A stretch of 64,000 nt of DNA from Alphaproteobacteria bacterium. GTDB taxonomy: Bacteria; Pseudomonadota; Alphaproteobacteria; Bin95. The notes beneath the pieces were generated by a model, which made no database searches, was not told the DNA's origin, and was given only the letters and a program-made list of their open reading frames with translations. Below, one piece after another: positions 58,632 through 64,000 of the stretch (within the stretch, counting starts at the first letter, position 1; the number at the start of each line of letters is the position of its first letter). The position numbers were made by a program, and so were the translations under genes. Location of the stretch: NCBI GenBank assembly GCA_965205265.1, contig CBDBGH010000003.1:1888001-1952000 (forward strand), written 5' to 3'.

Positions 58632-59377
58632 GGGCCGCCCATCACCGGCAGCGTCTGGCCGGTGATCCAGCCGGCCCGGTCGGACGCCAGGAACAGCACG
58701 GCATGGGCGATGTCCTCCGGCCTTCCGAGCCGGCGCATGGCGATGCCCTCGACGATTGCCGCCTGCTCTTCCGGGCTGCGCGCTTCCCACTGCCGGACAT
58801 AGTCGGGCGAGGTCTGGGGCATCAGGCCGGGCGCCACCGTGTTGACGGTAATTCCGAAGGGCCCGAGTTCGGAAGCGAGCTGGCGCGCCAGCCCGATCTG
58901 CGCCGTCTTCGCCGTGCCGTATGAGTGGATGCCGGTGCGCGAGACGCGGAGACCTGCCCCGGACGAGATCAGCACGATCCGGCCCTCGCCCTTCGCCTTC
59001 ATGCCGGGCGCGACCGCGCGCGCCACATGGAAGGCGCCATCGACATTCACCGCCTGAATGGCGCGCCAATCTTCGTCGGTCACTTCCTCCAGCGGGCCGG
59101 CCGTGCGGCCGCGCACGCCGCCGGCGGCGTGGACGGCGATATCGACCGGGCCGATCCGGGCGATGAGCGCATCGACGGCTGCGGACTCGGTGACATCGAG
59201 GCCATGGGCCTCGACCGGGAACCCGGCCGTCGCGGCGGTCTCGCGCACCAGTTCGCTTTCGATGTCCGCGGCGTGAACCTCCGCCCGCTCGGCGGCGAAG
59301 GCGTGGGCGATAGCGCGGCCGATGCCACGCGCTGCGCCGGTCACGAGGACGCGCCTGCCAGGAAACGAAATCTCCAT
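58628..59377 (-). CDS. SDR-family oxidoreductase
   Basis: TGAARGIG, YGTAK, NTVAPG, RLGRPEDIA. Confidence 0.92.
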   Translation of the reverse strand: MEISFPGRRVLVTGAARGIGRAIAHAFAAERAEVHAADIESELVRETAATAGFPVEAHGLDVTESAAVDALIARIGPVDIAVHAAGGVRGRTAGPLEEVTDEDWRAIQAVNVDGAFHVARAVAPGMKAKGEGRIVLISSGAGLRVSRTGIHSYGTAKTAQIGLARQLASELGPFGITVNTVAPGLMPQTSPDYVRQWEARSPEEQAAIVEGIAMRRLGRPEDIAHAVLFLASDRAGWITGQTLPVMGGP

Positions 59378-59869
59378 ACGATCAGCCCCGCGCCGCCCCG
59401 ATCTGCATTCCTGCAGGCTACGCCCGAATCCACGCTGCCCATTCTAACTATTTGAGCTAGCGTTGTTTTCCAGAAATTTACAACTGGGGAACCGGATTGT
59501 AACCGCTGGTTCCCTGGCTGCAACTGTAGCCGGGAGAAATCGCATGCCCGGAACCACCCTCACCGGGGCCCGGAGCCGAAGCGCCGATGGCGATCGGCAC
59601 AGCGCCCCGGCCGACCCCCGTCCCGCCGGAAACCGAGGACGACACGTCTTCGATACCGCTCGGCCGCGAAGGCAAACTCAAACGCTTCCCGGCCGCCGGC
59701 AACTACACCGTCGGCGAAACCCAGGCCGTCATCGACAGCGCCCGCGCGATGATCGTGCCGCCCCCGCAGCTGCCAACCCGGCGGTGCGGCATAGTGTCAT
59801 GCCTCTCCCCATTATCACGGCATCTTGCCCCTCTCCCTGACTGCCGCACTTTTGGAAGACAGGGAAATG

Positions 59870-60490
59870 CCCGTCCCCTGTAGAGCGCCCTTGCAAACCA
59901 CTTCGGTCTGCTTTTGACGTTCTTCCGGTAGGGGATGACGGTCAGGGAGCCTTTTCCCGGACGCGTTGGCGGTTTCTGGCGCTGTCATAGGTCTTGTCTT
60001 CGACGATGACGCGGGGCCGGACATCGGGGCCGAGACCCATCGAGGTCTCGAAATGCGGGCTGTCCGCCGCTGGGCCGCCGGTCAGATCGAAAGCGACCGG
60101 CAAGCCGTCGAAATCCGTCTTCAGGTGGACCTTCGTGCTGAAACCGTCCCGCGAGCGTCCGAGCGCCCGGCCCCGTTGCCCCCTTTTGCGCCCGCCGCCG
60201 ATGCATGTGCGCCGTACCGCTCGAACCCGCCAGCGTGGCGAAAAACTCCTCGAACACCCCAGACCGGCTCAGGCGGCGAAAGCGCCGCCAGAAACAGGCG
60301 GTTGCGCTTCGCCTTCGCTCCTCGCCGCGGAAGGCAAAGCCGGAATACCTCCAGCGTCACCTCCCAGTCCGCCTCCGTCATCCGCGTCGACATCGCCAAA
60401 CTCGACGAAGCGTCGACGTCTCATGAATCATACAAATCCCCGGACGGGAATCCCAAATCGCATAGCTGAGCCAATCCGTCCACAGGACCC
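59870..60490 (-). pseudogene. Decayed IS5-family (IS427-like) element
   Basis: Fragments MTEADWE..PRRG, SGVFEEFF, ALGRSRDGFSTKVHL, DKTYDS; AAAAGGGG frameshift site; end (rc) GGGTCCTGTGGACG. Confidence 0.7.
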
Positions 60491-60497
60491 GGTAAAG

Positions 60498-60589
60498 TGG
60501 CGGACAGGGAGGGATTCGAACCCTCGGTACGCCTGTTGACGTACGACGGATTAGCAATCCGCTGGTTTAAGCCACTCACCCACCTGTCC
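60498..60589 (-). tRNA. tRNA-Ser (GCT)
   Basis: GGACAGG acceptor stem, anticodon arm GCGGA-TTGCTAA-TCCGT, long variable arm, GGTTCGAATCC, encoded CCA. Confidence 0.97.
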
Positions 60590-60727
60590 CGAAAGCCGGC
60601 GAGACTTACAGAATCCGCGCCCCCGGCGTCAACGCCCAAGCGGGAATGAGAAACCGTCCGGGCGGTCTTCGAACCGGGTCGCGGGATATGCTACACTCAG
60701 TCTGGCGCCAACCCCGCGAGAAGCTTA

Positions 60728-61258
60728 ATGATGCGTTCCTGTCTTATCGCCGCCGCCATCGCGGCGCTACTTGCCGGCTGCGGCGATAGCAAGATAGAGC
60801 ACGACTATCCCGATCCGCTGTATCGGCACCTGCCGGGAAGCCAGGGCCAATCCTACCTCCCGAAGGAAGGCGCGCAGGGAATCTTCGGGGAAGGCGGCAT
60901 CAATCTTCTTGGAGGAGAGGGGCAACAAGGCGGCGGTTCGGGGATCGGCGTCAACAGTTTCCTGTGGCGCGCTTCGCTCGACACGCTGTCCTTCATGCCG
61001 CTGGCCTCGGCGGACCCCTTTGGCGGCGTCATCATCACGGAGTGGTTCGCACCGCCCGAAACGCCGGACGAACGCTTCAAGGTCACGGTGTATATCCTCG
61101 ACAGGCAGCTTCGGGCCCACGGCCTGAAGGTCGCGGTATTCCGCCAGGAAAGGAGCGGCGCCGGCTGGGTCGATGCGGCGGTGGACAGCGCCACGCACAC
61201 TGAAATCGAGAACAACATCCTGGTCCGGGCGAGAGAACTGCGCATCGCCAGCCTGTAG
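60728..61258 (+). CDS. DUF3576-family lipoprotein
   Basis: LAGC lipobox; GVNSFLWRASLDTLSFMPLASADPFGGVIITEW; usual leuS neighbour. Confidence 0.9.
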   Translation: MMRSCLIAAAIAALLAGCGDSKIEHDYPDPLYRHLPGSQGQSYLPKEGAQGIFGEGGINLLGGEGQQGGGSGIGVNSFLWRASLDTLSFMPLASADPFGGVIITEWFAPPETPDERFKVTVYILDRQLRAHGLKVAVFRQERSGAGWVDAAVDSATHTEIENNILVRARELRIASL

Positions 61259-61282
61259 CATCCGGGGATACGGAGCGCCTTC

Positions 61283-63835
61283 ATGGCCCGATACGACCAC
61301 CGCGAAGCCGAGCCTTACTGGCGCGGGCGATGGGAAGAAGCCGGCTGCTTCACGGCCCGCGAGGACGCTTCGCGCCCGAAATATTACGTGATGGAAATGT
61401 TCCCCTATCCCTCGGGGCGCATCCATATGGGCCATGTGCGCAATTTCACGCTGGGCGATGTCGTCGCCCGGTACAAGCGCGCGCAGGGCTTCAATGTGCT
61501 GCACCCGATGGGCTGGGACGCTTTCGGCCTGCCGGCGGAGAACGCCGCCTTCGAAGCCGGCGTCCATCCCGGCGTCTGGACGCGCCGGAACATCGCCACC
61601 ATGAAGGCCCAGCTTTCGACCATGGGCCTCTCCTATGACTGGAGCCGGGAACTCTCGACCTGCGAGCCCGACTATTTCAAGCATGAGCAGGCGATGTTCC
61701 TCGACTTCCTGGAGAAAGGGCTCGCATACCGGCGCAAGTCCTGGGTCAACTGGGACCCCGTCGAGAACACCGTGCTCGCCAATGAGCAGGTGATCGACGG
61801 CCATGGCTGGCGCTCGGGCGCGCCGGTCGAGCGGCGCGAGCTCGCCCACTGGTTCCTCAGGATCACCGCCTATAGCGACGAACTGCTGGAGGCGCTGGAC
61901 GGGCTCGACCGCTGGCCGGACCGCGTGCGGCTGATGCAGGCGAACTGGATCGGCCGCTCCGACGGCGCGCGGGTCAGCTTCCGGCTCAAGGGGCGCGCCG
62001 ACACGCTCGAAGTCTTCACCACCCGGCACGATACGCTGTTCGGCGCCTCCTTCATGGCGATCTCGCCGGACCACCCGCTCGCGCAGGAAATCGCGGCGAA
62101 GGATCCGGACATGGAGGCCTTCATCGCCGAATGCCGCAGCCTCGGCACCAGCGAGGCGGCCATCGAGCAGGCGGAGAAGCGCGGACGGGATACCGGGCTG
62201 AGGGCGCTCCACCCCTTCGATAACGGGGTGGAACTGCCCGTCTATGTCGCGAATTTCGTGCTCATGGACTATGGCAGCGGCGCCATTTTCGGCTGCCCCG
62301 GCCATGACCAGCGCGACCTCGACTTCGCCCGCGCCTACGGCTTGCCGGTGCTCCCCGTGGTCTGCCCGCCCGATGCGGACCCCAGGCGTTTCGAGATCGG
62401 GGCGGAGGCCTATACCGGCGACGGCCGGCTCATCAACTCGTCCTTCCTGGACGGGCTCGACGTGCCCGACGCGAAGCGCTGCATGGGCGAGCGGCTGGAG
62501 GCGCTCGGCTTCGGCGAGCGCACGGTGCAGTACCGCCTCCGGGACTGGGGCGTTTCCCGCCAGCGCTACTGGGGCTGCCCGGTCCCGGTCATCCATTGCG
62601 GCGCCTGCGGCATCGTGCCCGTGCCGCGCGCCGACCTGCCGGTGACGCTGCCCGACGACGTGACCTTCGATACGCCCGGCAATCCGCTGGACCGGCACCC
62701 GGCCTGGAAGCATGTCCCCTGCCCGTCCTGCGGCGCCCCCGCCGAGCGCGAGACCGACACCTTCGACACGTTCTTCGAGTCCTCCTGGTATTTCGCCCGC
62801 TACTGCTCGCCGGGCGTCGAGGACCGGCCGTTCGACCGCGAGGCCGTGGATTACTGGATGCCGGTGGACCAGTATATCGGCGGCGTCGAGCACGCCGTGC
62901 TGCATCTGCTCTATTCCCGCTTCTTTAGCCGGGCCATGAAGGAATGCGGCTATATCGGGGTGGAGGAGCCGTTCGCCGGCCTCTTCACACAGGGCATGGT
63001 CTGCCACGAGACCTACCGCGCCCGGGACGGGGGCTGGCTGCAGCCGAACGAGGTGGAAGACGACGGCAAGGGCGGCAAGCGGCGGTTGTCGGACGGGATG
63101 CCGGTTTCGGTCGGCCGCTCTGAGAAGATGAGCAAGTCGAAAAAGAATGTCGTCGATCCCGAGGAGATCATCGAGCGCTACGGCGCCGATGTGGCCCGCC
63201 TGTTCATGCTGTCCGACAGCCCGCCGGCGCGCGACCTGGACTGGACAGAGGCGGGCGTGGAAGGCGCGTGGCGCTATCTCAACCGGCTCTGGCGGCTGGT
63301 GGACGAGGCGCCGGACGCGCCTGCCGGAGCCGGAACGAGCGATGCGGCGGAGGCGCTGAGAAACACCGCCCACAAGACCGTGGACGCGATGACCGGCGAT
63401 CTCGAACGCTTCCACTTCAACCGGGCGGTGGCGCGGGTCCGCGAGCTTACCAACGCGCTGGCAGACGCCCTGCCGGCCACCGACCCGGCAATGGCGGCCG
63501 CATATCGCGAGAGCATAGAGACCGCCGTGCGACTGATCGCCCCGATGACGCCCCATCTGGCGGAAAGCTGCTGGCGAAGGCTCGGCGGGGAGGGCCTGCT
63601 TGCCGACCGACCCTGGCCGATCGCCGACCCCCTGCGGCTGACTGAAGACATTGTGGTGCTGCCCGTGCAGGTAAACGGCAAGCTGCGCGGCCAGCTGGAG
63701 GTGGCGCGCGGCCTGGAAGCGGCGGATGTCGAGGCGGCGGCACTCGCGCTTGCCGGCGTGCAACGGCAGCTCGAAGGCCGGCTACCCCGCCGCGTCGTCG
63801 TCGTGCCTGACAAGATCGTCAATGTTGTGGCCTGA
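61283..63835 (+). CDS. leuS: Leucine--tRNA ligase
   Basis: [31 protein letters not shown]. Confidence 0.98.
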   Translation: MARYDHREAEPYWRGRWEEAGCFTAREDASRPKYYVMEMFPYPSGRIHMGHVRNFTLGDVVARYKRAQGFNVLHPMGWDAFGLPAENAAFEAGVHPGVWTRRNIATMKAQLSTMGLSYDWSRELSTCEPDYFKHEQAMFLDFLEKGLAYRRKSWVNWDPVENTVLANEQVIDGHGWRSGAPVERRELAHWFLRITAYSDELLEALDGLDRWPDRVRLMQANWIGRSDGARVSFRLKGRADTLEVFTTRHDTLFGASFMAISPDHPLAQEIAAKDPDMEAFIAECRSLGTSEAAIEQAEKRGRDTGLRALHPFDNGVELPVYVANFVLMDYGSGAIFGCPGHDQRDLDFARAYGLPVLPVVCPPDADPRRFEIGAEAYTGDGRLINSSFLDGLDVPDAKRCMGERLEALGFGERTVQYRLRDWGVSRQRYWGCPVPVIHCGACGIVPVPRADLPVTLPDDVTFDTPGNPLDRHPAWKHVPCPSCGAPAERETDTFDTFFESSWYFARYCSPGVEDRPFDREAVDYWMPVDQYIGGVEHAVLHLLYSRFFSRAMKECGYIGVEEPFAGLFTQGMVCHETYRARDGGWLQPNEVEDDGKGGKRRLSDGMPVSVGRSEKMSKSKKNVVDPEEIIERYGADVARLFMLSDSPPARDLDWTEAGVEGAWRYLNRLWRLVDEAPDAPAGAGTSDAAEALRNTAHKTVDAMTGDLERFHFNRAVARVRELTNALADALPATDPAMAAAYRESIETAVRLIAPMTPHLAESCWRRLGGEGLLADRPWPIADPLRLTEDIVVLPVQVNGKLRGQLEVARGLEAADVEAAALALAGVQRQLEGRLPRRVVVVPDKIVNVVA

Positions 63836-64000
63836 GAGACTTGCGGCCGCTGTTGCCGGACTGCTGCTCGGCGCCACGCTCGCCGGCTGCACGCTCGAGC
63901 CCGTTCATGCGCGCCGGCCCCAGCAGGGACCCGACGTCACCGCGGCCATGGCGCAGGTCGAGGTCGAACCGATTCCGGACCGGGTCGGGATGTTGCTGCG
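63822..64000 (+). CDS. lptE: LPS-assembly lipoprotein LptE (partial, runs off the window)
   Basis: LAGC lipobox, EP.H, IPDRVG; follows leuS. Confidence 0.7.
   Translation, partial: MLWPERLAAAVAGLLLGATLAGCTLEPVHARRPQQGPDVTAAMAQVEVEPIPDRVGMLL

Noticed and set aside
60767-63763. 998-aa antisense ORF (and similar long antisense ORFs elsewhere)
   Set aside because: Mirror frame of leuS/DUF3576 caused by high-GC codon bias

Overview
High-GC alphaproteobacterial (Rhodospirillales-like) chromosomal window. The conserved backbone is ppiD-trpE-parE, gluQ, speD-speE, tauE-TIGR02186-usp, nfuA-tsaB-rimI, mucR-GNAT-acyltransferase-miaB-phoH-ybeY-corC-lnt, and tRNA-Ser-DUF3576-leuS-lptE. Five accessory blocks interrupt it. 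(i) 4.8-9.4 kb: IS630, a DUF5131/TcmP pair (tcmP has an in-frame TGA), a hidden MmeI-like RM gene remnant, a BrnT/CopG TA pair and a non-coding module. (ii) An aprM-aprB-aprA-sat sulfite-oxidation cluster. (iii) An internally deleted IS66 that splits rimI. (iv) 31-38 kb: a cargo-carrying IS1595 inserted into the 3' end of an orphan small-terminase-like gene, followed by a nested REP / IS1595-type MITE / IS1634 stack. (v) A peptide-type ABC transporter with deacetylase, hydantoinase and SDR genes next to a decayed IS5 at tRNA-Ser. The most unusual observation is a module present twice (8.8-9.4 kb on +, 31.65/34.5-35.7 kb on -). Both copies have a similar promoter, a conserved ~150-250 nt GC-rich leader with pair-preserving substitutions, and a terminal block of 10-bp-phased CATGACA repeats encoding the same MTKHDIP-stop. 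One copy drives a stand-alone TerS-like gene with no phage genes nearby; the other lacks the gene. All calls were made by eye from the sequence and the ORF track; no searches or folding programs were run.
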